Assembly (NCBI GenBank): GCA_000092065.1
Contig: CP000581.1
Source: Ostreococcus lucimarinus
Lineage: Eukaryota
Reading direction: 5' to 3' (one strand)
DNA: 64,000 bases
The translations under genes and the position numbers were made by a program. Positions 9,852-19,949 of the stretch are shown here, piece after piece. The notes below the pieces were generated by a model, which was given only the letters and a program-made list of their open reading frames with translations, was not told where the DNA came from and did not search any database. Each line of letters starts with the position of its first letter. The stretch's first letter is position 1.

Positions 9852-10193
9852 TCACGTCCCGCGCACGTCAAACCTCAAGTCTTCAAGCTTCAACCCAGCC
9901 TCGGCGAGGGATTGCTTCACCGCCATCTGATCGCTCACCGTCTTGATCCTTCGCGCGATATCGTCCACGGTCATGCGATGGACGTTAAACTGATCGCGCG
10001 CGCCGCTCGCGAACTCCACCGCGACGACCGGCGGCGCGGCGTCGTTGCGCACGCGCGGCTCGACGGCGCACTCGGGGTTGGATTTCGCCGCCTTCGCCGT
10101 GGTGACGCGGGCGAGGAACTCGCGCGCAGCCGTGCTGCGAGGATCGAGCGGGTTGAATTGCACGCGCACGCGCTTCAGGTGGCGCAAGGGCAT
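9852..10193 (-). CDS. MRPL53: Mitochondrial ribosomal protein mL53 (MRPL53-like)
   Basis: 113 aa from the internal ATG (10191-10193). Good alignment to human MRPL53 (LRHLKRVRVQFNPLDPRSTAAREFLARVTTAKAAKSNPECAV..VVAVEF vs [48 protein letters not shown]). Confidence 0.55.
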   Translation of the reverse strand: MPLRHLKRVRVQFNPLDPRSTAAREFLARVTTAKAAKSNPECAVEPRVRNDAAPPVVAVEFASGARDQFNVHRMTVDDIARRIKTVSDQMAVKQSLAEAGLKLEDLRFDVRGT

Positions 10194-10383
10194 GGAACGG
10201 GCGAACGCGCGGGTGACGACGCGCGCCCTCGAGTGCGGCGACGACGAACGGGACGACGGAGGTCGACGAGACGAGGGCGCTCGGATGGGGAATGAAGGAA
10301 TATTATACTGAATATTGAACCGCACACTGTGTGTCTATCTAGTTAACGCTATTGACTGCGTCCTACGCGAGCGCCGGTCGAAA

Positions 10384-11064
10384 TCAGAGGTTGAAGTCGG
10401 GAATGTCGTCGAGCGAAAAGTCTCGCGGCAGCGAGCTCGCGGGGTGGTCCGCGTCTCGAGGCATCAGGTCTTCCATGTGCTTCTCGAAATCGAGCTGCAA
10501 ATCCGCGACGGCTATGTTCATGGACGGCGTTTCCATCATCAACTTGGTGATTTCTTCGTGAAGATCGGGATTGGCGGTGTACGGCGTTCCGCCGAAGAGC
10601 GCGGCGTCCGCGACGCCGACGGCGCCGACCCCCGTCAAACCCGCATTTACTCCGGGCGTCAACACGGGTAATTCGCTCTTTTTCGCCCCCGACGCGTTCG
10701 ACGCGCGCGCCGGCGTCGCCGCCTCCACCGCGGGTGTCTTCGTTTGCGCGGTTTGTTTCCTCTTCGGCGACGCCTTCGCCTTCGCCTTCGCCTTCGCCTT
10801 CGGTTCGCCTCCTCCTCCCGCCTCCCCGTTCTTCTGCATCCACTCGTGCTGCTTCTCCAGCAGCGCGTTGAAGCGAATGATCTGATCCTTCACCTCCACC
10901 ATGACGCCGTACGCCTGAAAAAATTCCGGATTACTCTTCTCCAGCTGCCCCCACACCAGTTGCGTGAACACCGGGTCGATGTTCGCCAGCGCCTGCAGGT
11001 GCGCCACCACCTCCCTCTTCGACATGTACAACCGCAGCGAGCGTTCCAGCAAATTTTGCACCAT
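10384..11064 (-). CDS. Conserved plant-lineage protein (DUF3755-like: MVQNLLERSLRLYMSKREVV..IDP.FT.LVWGQLEKSNPEFFQAY)
   Basis: The conserved block starts at the ATG at 11062-11064. The C-terminal half has a K/A repeat (KAKAKAKA) and an acidic tail (..DFSLDDIPDFNL). The frame stays open upstream to 12090, antisense to RPC4, so an N-terminal extension cannot be excluded. Confidence 0.4.
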   Translation of the reverse strand: MVQNLLERSLRLYMSKREVVAHLQALANIDPVFTQLVWGQLEKSNPEFFQAYGVMVEVKDQIIRFNALLEKQHEWMQKNGEAGGGGEPKAKAKAKAKASPKRKQTAQTKTPAVEAATPARASNASGAKKSELPVLTPGVNAGLTGVGAVGVADAALFGGTPYTANPDLHEEITKLMMETPSMNIAVADLQLDFEKHMEDLMPRDADHPASSLPRDFSLDDIPDFNL

Positions 11065-11533
11065 GGCCACGTCGTTGACGTCCAGATTATTCGCCGCGCG
11101 CCACGGGTTCGCGCTCCACCCGTCTCCGCTCGCGTCGCCGCCCTCTCTCGCGCGTTCGCCCGCTCTCGCGCGTTCGCCCTCGTCCGCGCGCGCCGTCGTC
11201 GCTCTCGTCCCGTCGCCGTCGCGCCGCGATCGCTTTCGTCCCGTCGTCGTCGCTCGCGCGTCCGTCGCCGTCGTCGCGCGCGCGCTTCCGTCCGCGCGCG
11301 CCGTCGTCGCCCGCGCGCGCGCCCGCGGTCCCCGCCGCGGCGACGTCGCGCGCGCTCGCGTCGCGCCCTCGCGCTCGCGCGCGTCGCTCGCGCGCGCGGC
11401 GCGCGCGGTGGACATCCCGCGCGGCGTCGCGCGCGCGGGGCGTCGCGCGGCGTCGCGCGCGCGCTGTGACGCGCGCGCGACGTCGCGCGTCCCGGCGACG
11501 GCGCCGACGCGCGACCGCACGGCGCGGCGCGCG

Positions 11534-12703
11534 ATGTCGAGCGAGCGCGCGCGCGACGGACGCGGCGCGAGCGCGCGGTTGGGGAGCATACGCGCGAGCG
11601 CGGCGAGCGAGCGCGCGCGCGCGAGCGCGAGCGCGACGCGAGGGAAATCGGCGAGCGCGGGCGGCGGCGGCGATCGACGCGCGACGACGACGACGCGAGG
11701 CGCGCGCGGGAGCTCGAGGGAGCGGCGAGAGCGAGGCGAGGGCGCGACGCGCGCGAATCGCGCGGGCGCGGGCGAACGGACGAGCGCGGGCGAACGGACG
11801 GGCGAGGGCGAGGGCGAGGGCGAGGGCGAGGGCGAGGGCGCGGCGAGCGGGACGCCGCGACGCGCGGGACGCGCGGCGAGAGGCGCGAAAGAGACGACGA
11901 GCGCGAGCGGGGGGAAGCGCGGGAAAGCCGCGATCGGTGGTGCGTCGACGCGGAAAGCCGCGAGCGCGGTGGCGGTGAAGGAAGAAGTCGGCGACGCGGC
12001 GACGGCGGACGACGACGGCGAGGAGGACGGGTTGCCGGGGAAGGCGCCGGCGACGCCGTCGACGCCCGCGCGAGCGGCGGATGCGATCATGACGGACGCG
12101 CCGGTAGGCGTGCAGACGACGCCCGCGCGTCAGGCGCGGATGAGCAAGGCGAAGCAAGCGCAACTGGCGTTGGAGGAGGCTTCGAGGCGGATACAACCCG
12201 AACGCGCGACGACGGAGGAGATGTACGACGCCGAGGAAGATTGGACGGATAAGTCGCAGTATTACCCCACGGTGCTCACACGAAGTTCGCGCGAGGTCGA
12301 TGTCGGTGCCGTAGGCGATACGGTTCGCGAATCGACCGAGGACAAGTACGTGGTGCTTCAACTGCCGTCGGATTTACCGCTTCGCAAGCGCATCGCGAGC
12401 GAGGAGATGGACGTGGACGGCGTCGTCACGCTCAGAGACGATGATCCAGACGACGAAGATTCGGGTATGGTGCGTGGCGTGTCCGAACTCTCCAATGGAC
12501 AGCTCGGGGAATTGAAGATTCACGCCGACGGTTCGGCGAAGCTGTACATTGGAAACGCGGTGTTCGACGTCATGCGAGGAACGCCGTACCAACACTCGGA
12601 GCAGCTCGCTCGATTAGATGGGGATAGGCAACAGTGCGTCATCATGGGACCGACGATCGCGCGCATGACGTGCGTGCCGGACGTGACGCAGCTTTTGCTT
12701 TGA
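11534..12703 (+). CDS. RPC4: DNA-directed RNA polymerase III subunit RPC4 (C53-like)
   Basis: The C-terminal RPC4-family block (..SNGQLGELKIHADGSAKLYIGNAVFDVMRGTPYQHSEQLARLD...QCVIMGPTIARMTCVPDV) follows a basic, low-complexity N-terminus that includes a (GE)n stretch. ATG verified at 11534. Confidence 0.6.
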   Translation: MSSERARDGRGASARLGSIRASAASERARASASATRGKSASAGGGGDRRATTTTRGARGSSRERRERGEGATRANRAGAGERTSAGERTGEGEGEGEGEGEGAASGTPRRAGRAARGAKETTSASGGKRGKAAIGGASTRKAASAVAVKEEVGDAATADDDGEEDGLPGKAPATPSTPARAADAIMTDAPVGVQTTPARQARMSKAKQAQLALEEASRRIQPERATTEEMYDAEEDWTDKSQYYPTVLTRSSREVDVGAVGDTVRESTEDKYVVLQLPSDLPLRKRIASEEMDVDGVVTLRDDDPDDEDSGMVRGVSELSNGQLGELKIHADGSAKLYIGNAVFDVMRGTPYQHSEQLARLDGDRQQCVIMGPTIARMTCVPDVTQLLL

Positions 12704-12754
12704 GATGGACAAATTTTAGCTTTGCGTGACTGATCGTATTAATAAAAACTTTTA

Positions 12755-13939
12755 CTATCGCGCAACCGCCTTGGGCGCGTAAACCGACGCCCGCGCCGCA
12801 TCGCAGAAGTGTCCGACGTTCTCCTCCGGAGTGCCTTGAACCACACCGTGACCGACGTTCAAGATGTGCTTCCTGCTACCGGCGTCTCTCACGTTGTTCG
12901 CCACCTCTTGTCTAATGCGCTCCGGGCTCGCGAAGAGGTACATGGGATCCATGTTTCCTTGCAACACGCGATCCGGACCGAGCACCGCTCGCGCCTCGCT
13001 CATGCTCGTGTTCCAATCCAATCCAATTACATCCGCCGTAGATTTCTTGAGCTCGTGAAGCTTGCCGCATCCGCCGTTCGCGTGGAAGATGAGCGGAGTG
13101 TCCGGATAACGCTGCTTGACGTACGCGATGACGCGCTCGTTATACGGGTGGGAAAACTCGAGATACTGTTGCGGCGAAAGGTGGTGGGCCCAAGAATCGA
13201 AAATTTGCACCACTTGCGCACCACTGTCGATCTGATGGCACACGTACACACCGAGAGCGTCGGCTAACTTGGACAAAAACGCGTGCAGCGTCTCCGGATC
13301 TTGCGTCATGATTTGCTTCGTCGTCACCAAGTGTCGATCGCTCGAACCTTCCATGGCGTACGCCGCGAGCGTCCACGGCGAACCGATGAAACCAAGCATG
13401 GTGGATTGGCCTTCGATTTCTTTCCGAAGCGTGCTCAAAATCTCACGAACGAACGGCAATTGCGAATCTGGATCGTCCAGCTGCTTCATCGCCTTGACGT
13501 CGTCCATCGTCCTCACCGGCGTCACCACCGGCCCTTTCCCCTTCACGACATCGAACTCGATCCCCAACGCCGGCAACGGAGTCAAAATATCACTAAACAT
13601 GATAACCCCATCCGGCTTAAACGCCCGCCACGGTTGCATCGACAGCTCGATGGCGATCTCCGGCGTCTCGCTTCGGTGCCTGAACCCGTACTTGGTACTG
13701 TACGCGCGAAACTCCGCCATGTACCTCCCCGCCTGACGCATCAGCCACACCGGCGGTCGTTCCACGTCTTCCCCTCGCGCCGCGCGAAGCAAGATCGGAT
13801 CTTGGTTCCCTCCCGCCGCCGCCGTCGTCGTCGTCGTCCTTCGCGTTCGCATCCTTCGTCCTCGCGCGTCGCTCTTTCCGACGACGTCCCTCTTCGCCAG
13901 CGTCATCGCGCGCGTCGCGCCGATCGTCAACCCGTGCAT
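12755..13939 (-). CDS. UROD: Uroporphyrinogen decarboxylase (tetrapyrrole biosynthesis), plastid-type with presequence
   Basis: Canonical UROD motifs: ILLRAARGEDVERPPVWLMRQAGRYMAEFR, GVIMFSDILTP, DSWA. ATG verified at 13937-13939. Confidence 0.9.
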   Translation of the reverse strand: MHGLTIGATRAMTLAKRDVVGKSDARGRRMRTRRTTTTTAAAGGNQDPILLRAARGEDVERPPVWLMRQAGRYMAEFRAYSTKYGFRHRSETPEIAIELSMQPWRAFKPDGVIMFSDILTPLPALGIEFDVVKGKGPVVTPVRTMDDVKAMKQLDDPDSQLPFVREILSTLRKEIEGQSTMLGFIGSPWTLAAYAMEGSSDRHLVTTKQIMTQDPETLHAFLSKLADALGVYVCHQIDSGAQVVQIFDSWAHHLSPQQYLEFSHPYNERVIAYVKQRYPDTPLIFHANGGCGKLHELKKSTADVIGLDWNTSMSEARAVLGPDRVLQGNMDPMYLFASPERIRQEVANNVRDAGSRKHILNVGHGVVQGTPEENVGHFCDAARASVYAPKAVAR

Positions 13940-14177
13940 GTTACTCGTCTTTCGCCGCCGTCGGTGTTTCGGTCGCCGTCGTCGTCGCGTCGACGCGTGC
14001 GGCGCGCCGAGAGTCGCGGCGTGTGGATAAGCGTCCCCGTCGCGACCGACAACTCCCGGGTGTTTTCAATGCGCGCGTCCCGCGCCGCGCCCGCGCGCGC
14101 CGCCGCACTCCGCGCCGCGCCCGCGCTCGACGCGAACGAACGCCGAACTTCGGAGCGCACCGCGCGCGCGACGCGTC

Positions 14178-14852
14178 ATGGATCAGTTCGCCGCGCGCAT
14201 CGACGGCGTGCTGCATCACCTCGAGGACCAGGGCGTCGGTGGACGACAAATGCTGAAGATCGCGCGCGCGTCGACGTACGCGCAGATCGTGCTGGCGATG
14301 ATGGGATCGCTCGCGTTCGTCTACGGCACCGTGCACGCGTCGGCGCTCGCGCTGTCGCTGTACGCGGTGGTGGCGATGGAGATCAAGGCGCCGCGGTTGT
14401 TGAAAATCTACGCCGTGCTGCTCGCGGCGCTGACGATTACTGATTTCTTTTGGTTGGCCACGTACGCGGGACCGATCGGGAGCGGCACGACGGGGATGAC
14501 GGTGACGGTCGGACCGAACTCGGCGAACATCGACTCGTCGCTGATGTCGATCAAGTGGGGACTGTTGGCGTCGAGCGTGAATAACTTTTTTTGCCTGGTG
14601 CCGGAGCTGTTCGCGTTCTTCGTGCGCGTGGCGAGCGTGGCGCTGTGGGTGCTCATGTGGAGCAAAGGCTTGCTCGATGGGAACGACGGAAACGTGTATA
14701 ACGATCCGAATCTGTCGCACGGCGATGGGTCGTCGATGAAACACGAGCCGATACCGGGGTCGCCGGCGAGGACCGCGCGCGCGGGCGGCGACTTGTTCAC
14801 GGCGGACGGCGGATATCAAGACAGCGAGGGGTTGCTTTCGCGCGCGGTGTGA
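14178..14852 (+). CDS. Hypothetical multi-pass membrane protein
   Basis: 224 aa with 4-5 hydrophobic helices and normal composition. The opposite-strand ORF is Arg-rich junk. ATG verified at 14178. Confidence 0.35.
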   Translation: MDQFAARIDGVLHHLEDQGVGGRQMLKIARASTYAQIVLAMMGSLAFVYGTVHASALALSLYAVVAMEIKAPRLLKIYAVLLAALTITDFFWLATYAGPIGSGTTGMTVTVGPNSANIDSSLMSIKWGLLASSVNNFFCLVPELFAFFVRVASVALWVLMWSKGLLDGNDGNVYNDPNLSHGDGSSMKHEPIPGSPARTARAGGDLFTADGGYQDSEGLLSRAV

Positions 14853-14921
14853 CCTTTCGCGCGCGGTGTGAGATACAACACCAACCAAGTGTAATATTCT
14901 AGTGTTGTCGCTATACAACGT

Positions 14922-16340
14922 CTATCGCGCGTCGTCCACGATGCCAAAATCGGCGCGAACGCGAGCGAGTCTAGTCTCGACAAAGCGCGCGAATTCGGGT
15001 TCGGCGGCGACGAGCTTCTCAAAACCACCCTCTTCGGCGCACGCCGCGTCGTGCGCATCACACTCTTCGGTGGTGAGCAGGATGAGATTATCTAAAGATG
15101 CCGCGCGCGACGGGTTCCATCTCGTCAACGAAAGTGCGCTCGTGTTTCGCCAATACGCCTTGAGGCGTTTGTTTTGGTCGTCTCGAGCGCTCAGCGCGCG
15201 CCAAGTCTCGCGTACCAAGTACATCACTTGTTCTAAATCAACCGCCATGTTGGACACCTCCCTCCCACGCTCGCTCTCGCGCTCGCGCAACCGATCGAGC
15301 TGGGTTTCGTACTGCTTTGATTGAAGCACGATGACGGGCTCGCCCTCGAACGGCGCCTCGGCGAGCTCCGTCAACACGTGGCTCGCGAGCGCCATGCCGA
15401 AAATGGCGGGCACGCAGCCGAGCACGGGAATCGTGCGCACGCGGAAATTCGGAATGACTTGATAATCCGATAGCGTTTCTCCATCTTTGAGCTCCATCTC
15501 CGCCACGAGCTCGCATCGTTGCTTTTCGAGCGAAATCAACGCTTTTATTCCACCTTGAATCTTGTACTTTTTGTTCAATCGATACCGAACCGCGCGCGCG
15601 AGAGGGTCGGCGGCGCAGTCGGCGATGTCGGCGAACCGCAGTCTCGTTGGATCGCACTTCGCGCCGGCCCCACCAGAGGTGACGACGCGTAAGCCTCGGC
15701 GCGCGCACGCGGCGAGGAGGTCCACCTTGGTGTCAATGTTGTCGATGCAATCCACCACGAAATCCGGCGCGCGCCCATCGCCCCCCCACGCACCGAGCAG
15801 TTCATCCTCCGCGTCCTCTTCGTACATCGCCACGCGCGCGTCCACGTCGGCTTCTGGATAAATTTTCTCAAAATGCTTCTTCAGGCACGTCGCCTTCGCC
15901 GTGCCCACATCCGCGCGCGTCGCCGTCGCGTGCCTATTCAACGAGCTCAGGCTCACCTGATCGAAATCCACCACCCGCAACTTACCCACCCCAGATCTCA
16001 AAATCATGTGCGCCGCGTGCGACCCGACCCCTCCCAATCCGACGACGACCACGAACGCGTCCCGCACGCGCGTCTGCCCGCGCTCGCCGAAAAACTGCAC
16101 ATTTCTCGTAAACTGCTCTCGCAAAATCTCGTCCCGCAGGTCGTACGCCGTCGTCGTCGTCGTCCCGCCTCCCACCGACGCGCCGCGCGCGGCACCGCCG
16201 TCCTCGTCGTCGCGCGCGCGCGCGTTCGCGCCGTCCGCGCGCGCGCTCGCGCGCCGTCGCGCCTCAACCACCGCGACGCCGACGCCGACGCCGAGCGCGA
16301 ACGTCGCGCACGCGCGCGCGCACGCCTCGACGTCGCGCAT
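14922..16340 (-). CDS. TCD: ThiF/HesA-family E1-like enzyme, tRNA threonylcarbamoyladenosine dehydratase (TcdA/CsdL-type)
   Basis: Rossmann motif VVVGLGGVGS, then ..VDFD.V..SSLNRH.....D.G..K......H...I.P and ..FVVDCIDNIDTKV.L. ATG verified at 16338-16340. Confidence 0.7.
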   Translation of the reverse strand: MRDVEACARACATFALGVGVGVAVVEARRRASARADGANARARDDEDGGAARGASVGGGTTTTTAYDLRDEILREQFTRNVQFFGERGQTRVRDAFVVVVGLGGVGSHAAHMILRSGVGKLRVVDFDQVSLSSLNRHATATRADVGTAKATCLKKHFEKIYPEADVDARVAMYEEDAEDELLGAWGGDGRAPDFVVDCIDNIDTKVDLLAACARRGLRVVTSGGAGAKCDPTRLRFADIADCAADPLARAVRYRLNKKYKIQGGIKALISLEKQRCELVAEMELKDGETLSDYQVIPNFRVRTIPVLGCVPAIFGMALASHVLTELAEAPFEGEPVIVLQSKQYETQLDRLRERESERGREVSNMAVDLEQVMYLVRETWRALSARDDQNKRLKAYWRNTSALSLTRWNPSRAASLDNLILLTTEECDAHDAACAEEGGFEKLVAAEPEFARFVETRLARVRADFGIVDDAR

Positions 16341-16811
16341 CGCGCGCGTCCCGACGCGGGTCTCGCGCGCGCGCGGCGCCGCGCGCGATCTGGCGCGCCG
16401 GCGCGTCGTCGCGGCGTCGCGGCGTCGCGGCGCGCGCGCGCGATCGCGTGCGGCGCCAACATTTCGACCGACCGATAGCCGTACTGTTTACGTAGGTAGA
16501 TTCGCCACGTCACCATATATCCACAACGAAAAAATTACACCAACGTACTGTGAGTGAAACAAGACTGAGGACGTGTTTTTATCGAGGCTTCGCGGGAAAA
16601 AGGCGGCGCGCGCGATCGGATGACAGCTGGCAGCCGCGATCGCGATCGCTCGATGGGTCGCGCGCGCGCGCGCGCCGCAGTTGTCGACGCGCGGTGACGC
16701 ACGCCGAATCTCTGATCGAACGACCGCGCGAATCGCACGGTCGTCGACGAGTCCGCGAACAGTCGCGTGCACTCGAAACCGAGGCGAAGACAAAACCTCG
16801 ATCGTCGCAAG

Positions 16812-19103
16812 ATGGGTGTGTTCACGGATGCTGAAATCACGCCGCTCGTCGTCGCGGGCGTGCCGTTCTTGGGCGGCATCACGGCGTTGATGATGGTTGG
16901 CGTTCTCATGATGCGCGTCAACAAGGCGCCGTCCGGTGAGGGCGCGCAAATCGCGATCGCGAACCAAATCTCCGAAGGCGCGGTGGCGTTTTTGAAGACG
17001 GAGTACAAGTACTTGTTGCCGTTCGTCGCCGCGGTCGCGGCGTTCATCGTCGGTATCTTGGAAAGCCAAGACGCCCCGCCGATGTACGGCGCGGTGGCCT
17101 CCTTGAAGAAGGGTGGCTGGCAAACGATGCTTTGCTTCTTGGTCGGCGCCGCGCTCTCCGCGGGCGCGGGCTGGGCGGGCATGAGCGTCGCGACGAAAAC
17201 CAACGTCAAGACTATGGAAGCCGCGCGCTCGGGCTTGAACCAAGCGCTCCAAATCGCGTTCGCCGGTGGTGCCGTCATGGGCTTCTCCGTCGTCGCATTC
17301 GGTATTCTCGGTCTGACCGTCCTCTTCTACATCTTCGCCGTCGCTCAAAGCTCTCCGGGCGCCAGTGGGCAGGAGCTCGACATGCGTGACGCTATCCGTT
17401 ATCTCTCCGGCTTCGGTTTCGGTGCCTCCTCCATCGCGCTCTTCGCGCGTGTCGCGGGTGGTATCTACACCAAGGCTGCTGACGTCGGCGCCGATCTCGT
17501 CGGTAAGGTTGAAGCCAACATTCCGGAAGATGACCCTCGCAACCCGGCCACGGTCGCCGACAACGTCGGTGACAACGTCGGTGATGTCGCCGGTATGGGT
17601 GCTGATCTTTTCGAATCCTTCTGCGGCTCCATCATCGCGTGCGCCGCGCTTTCCAACAACCTCCGTGAAATGGCCTTGCCGTTCTGGATCTCCGGCTTCG
17701 GCATCCTCGCCGCGACCATCGGCTTCTGGACCGTCTCCACGAAGGATGACGCTTCCCAAACCGACCTCCTCCACGCCCTCCACCGTGGTGTGTACACCGC
17801 CTCTGTCCTCGTGATTGTCTTCGCCATTGCCTGCGTTGAGATCCTCTTCGACGGCAGCAAGCAAGGTTACAGGTACTTTGGCTGCGTCATCCTTGGTCTC
17901 GTCGCCGGTATTCTCATCGGCGAAGCCACCGAGTTCTGCACGTCTTACGCGTACGGTCCGGTCAAGTCCATCACGCACGCCGGTTCCGCCGGTGGTGCTG
18001 CGACTGTCATCATCCAAGGTCTCGGCATCGGTATGATCTCCGTGTTGCCGCCGACCATCATCATCGTCTCCACCGTCATCGCGTGCTTTAACGTCGGAGG
18101 CTCTGGTAACGAAGGTGTGTACGGTATCGCCATCGCTGCGGTTGGCATGTTGTCCACCCTCGGTGTCACCCTCGCCACTGACGCGTACGGTCCGGTTGCC
18201 GATAACGCCGGTGGCATCGCTGAAATGTCTCCGGACGTTCCGGACGAAGTCCGCGATCGCACTGACAAGCTCGATGCGCTCGGCAACACCACCGCCGCCA
18301 CCGGTAAGGGTTTCGCCATCGGCTCCGCTGTCTTGACCGCGCTTTCTTTGATGAACGCGTTCGTTAAGGATGTCCCGTACACCGTCGGAACCAACGATCG
18401 TGCGTTGGGCTCCGCCTTGACGCTCACCGACCCGTACGTGCTCTCCGGCGTCATCTTCGGCGCCATGTTGCCGTTCCTCTTCGCCGCCCTCACCATGCTC
18501 TCCGTGCGCAAGGCTGCTGGCGCGATCATCGTCGAAGTCCAACGCCAATTCCGCGACATTCCGGGTCTCCTTGAAGGCAAGGAAGGTGTCGTGTGCGATC
18601 ACATGGCGTGCGTCACCATGTGCACGAAGGCGTCCGTCGACGAAATGTTGATTCCGGGCATCCTCGCCGTCATGACGCCGATCGCCGTCGGTTTGCTCGT
18701 CGGCGCCAAGTGCCTAGGCGGTCTCCTCGCCGGTTCCATCTCGTCCGGTTTCATGCTCGCCGTGATGATGTCCAACGCCGGTGGCGCTTGGGACAACTCC
18801 AAGAAGTACATCGAAAACGAAAAGGTGTACGGCGGCAAGAAGTCTGACACGCACAAGGCGTGCGTCGTCGGCGACACCGTCGGTGATCCTTTCAAGGATA
18901 CCTCCGGCCCGGCTTTGAACATCCTCATCAAGCTCATGACCATCTTCTCCTTGACCATGGCCCCCGTCTTCCGCTCCGACTGGAAGACGTACTGGTACGG
19001 TCTCATCGTGCTCGCCGTCGAGATCATCTTCGTCGGCGCCGCGTACCACTACGTCTGGGTGGTCAACGGCGAGAAGTGCGTCCCGCCGGAAGAGAAGAAG
19101 TAA
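16812..19103 (+). CDS. H+-translocating inorganic pyrophosphatase (vacuolar-type V-PPase), K+-dependent class
   Basis: Full-length match with diagnostic motifs [27 protein letters not shown] and [14 protein letters not shown]. The GNTTAA(T) segment (Ala, not Lys) indicates the K+-stimulated type. Start is the ATG at 16812 (MGVFTDAEI). Confidence 0.95.
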   Translation: MGVFTDAEITPLVVAGVPFLGGITALMMVGVLMMRVNKAPSGEGAQIAIANQISEGAVAFLKTEYKYLLPFVAAVAAFIVGILESQDAPPMYGAVASLKKGGWQTMLCFLVGAALSAGAGWAGMSVATKTNVKTMEAARSGLNQALQIAFAGGAVMGFSVVAFGILGLTVLFYIFAVAQSSPGASGQELDMRDAIRYLSGFGFGASSIALFARVAGGIYTKAADVGADLVGKVEANIPEDDPRNPATVADNVGDNVGDVAGMGADLFESFCGSIIACAALSNNLREMALPFWISGFGILAATIGFWTVSTKDDASQTDLLHALHRGVYTASVLVIVFAIACVEILFDGSKQGYRYFGCVILGLVAGILIGEATEFCTSYAYGPVKSITHAGSAGGAATVIIQGLGIGMISVLPPTIIIVSTVIACFNVGGSGNEGVYGIAIAAVGMLSTLGVTLATDAYGPVADNAGGIAEMSPDVPDEVRDRTDKLDALGNTTAATGKGFAIGSAVLTALSLMNAFVKDVPYTVGTNDRALGSALTLTDPYVLSGVIFGAMLPFLFAALTMLSVRKAAGAIIVEVQRQFRDIPGLLEGKEGVVCDHMACVTMCTKASVDEMLIPGILAVMTPIAVGLLVGAKCLGGLLAGSISSGFMLAVMMSNAGGAWDNSKKYIENEKVYGGKKSDTHKACVVGDTVGDPFKDTSGPALNILIKLMTIFSLTMAPVFRSDWKTYWYGLIVLAVEIIFVGAAYHYVWVVNGEKCVPPEEKK

Positions 19104-19241
19104 GCAGTTATTCGCACCCCCCAATCTACAGTCGCCCTGATTGATGATTATTGACGAGTTAAATAAAAGCTTAATAGCGCAGCGGCGAAATGACCGCGCG
19201 CACTATTAATACAAACGAAACTAAACACTACTACCGATTCC

Positions 19242-19694
19242 CTACTGATTCCCCGCTCCGCTATCGTTCCAACCCCGTATCCACTCTCGCCCGTGCGCCG
19301 CCCTCGACGCCTCGCTGCTCTTTTCGTCTAAAAACTTCGCGCAGTGCGCCGCGAGCGACGCGTACGCCTCGTTCTCTCGCATCTCCCGCGGCGCCGTCTC
19401 CTGCGCCGTCAACCACTTGAACAGCTCCGGATTTTCAACGTCCAGCACCGCGTCCAGCGCGTCCAAGAATCCATCGCTCGTCGTCGTCGTCGACGCCATC
19501 GCGCGCGCCGCCCACTCGCCGACGACGATGTCCAGCTCCAAGAATCCGCGCTGCTTCGCGCGATACAGCGCGCGATTGATTCGTCGCCGTCTCGCGTCCG
19601 TCGCGTCGTCGCGCGCGTCTCGCGCGGTCGAGATCGCGCGCGCGCGCGTCGTCGCCGCCGCGCGAGACGCGCGTCGCGCGATCGCGCGCAGCAT
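19242..19694 (-). CDS. SDHAF2: Succinate dehydrogenase assembly factor 2 (SDHAF2/SdhE flavinylation factor)
   Basis: R..YR...RG.LE.D......A....A.......FLD.L....D.....W........P.....E...L family pattern (RINRALYRAKQRGFLELDIVVGEW..). The N-terminus is presequence-like. ATG at 19692-19694. Confidence 0.6.
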   Translation of the reverse strand: MLRAIARRASRAAATTRARAISTARDARDDATDARRRRINRALYRAKQRGFLELDIVVGEWAARAMASTTTTSDGFLDALDAVLDVENPELFKWLTAQETAPREMRENEAYASLAAHCAKFLDEKSSEASRAAHGREWIRGWNDSGAGNQ

Positions 19695-19949
19695 CGTCTG
19701 CCGCGCGCCGTCGCGCGCCGTCGCGCGGCGTCGCGTCGTCGCCAGTCGGGGGTCAAAAACGACGACTCGAGTCCTGACTCGAGCGGACCCCCTCGCCGGC
19801 GAAGCCCCCTTCGACGTCGCGTTATCCACTCCCGCGGCGCGGCGACGGCGCGGCGACGCGCCGACGGCGACACTTCGGCGCGCGCGAACGCACGCGAACG
19901 ACGCGAAAGGCGCACCCCGCGCGAACACCCACCGACGAGCGAACGCACG
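19695..19949. promoter_or_regulatory. Probable bidirectional promoter between SDHAF2 (minus) and the rhodanese gene (plus)
   Basis: A 255-bp CG-dinucleotide-rich spacer separates the two verified divergent ATGs. Similar short divergent spacers lie at 22145-22202, 51078-51129 and 40146-40361. Confidence 0.35.

Noticed and set aside
16488-18602. 704-aa minus-strand ORF, plus similar long Arg/Ala/Gly-rich ORFs (e.g. 247-1194 minus, 3075-4091 minus, 13941-14918 minus, 21861-22799 minus, 29633-30610 minus, 46086-47294 plus, 47464-48942 minus, 54156-55118 minus)
   Set aside because: They lie antisense or out of frame to genes with strong homology (V-PPase, UROD, NUP98, SAC3 etc.). Their composition is almost pure R/A/G/P/S with no conserved motifs. 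They are the expected by-product of roughly 90% G/C at third codon positions, which removes stop codons from the opposite strand.
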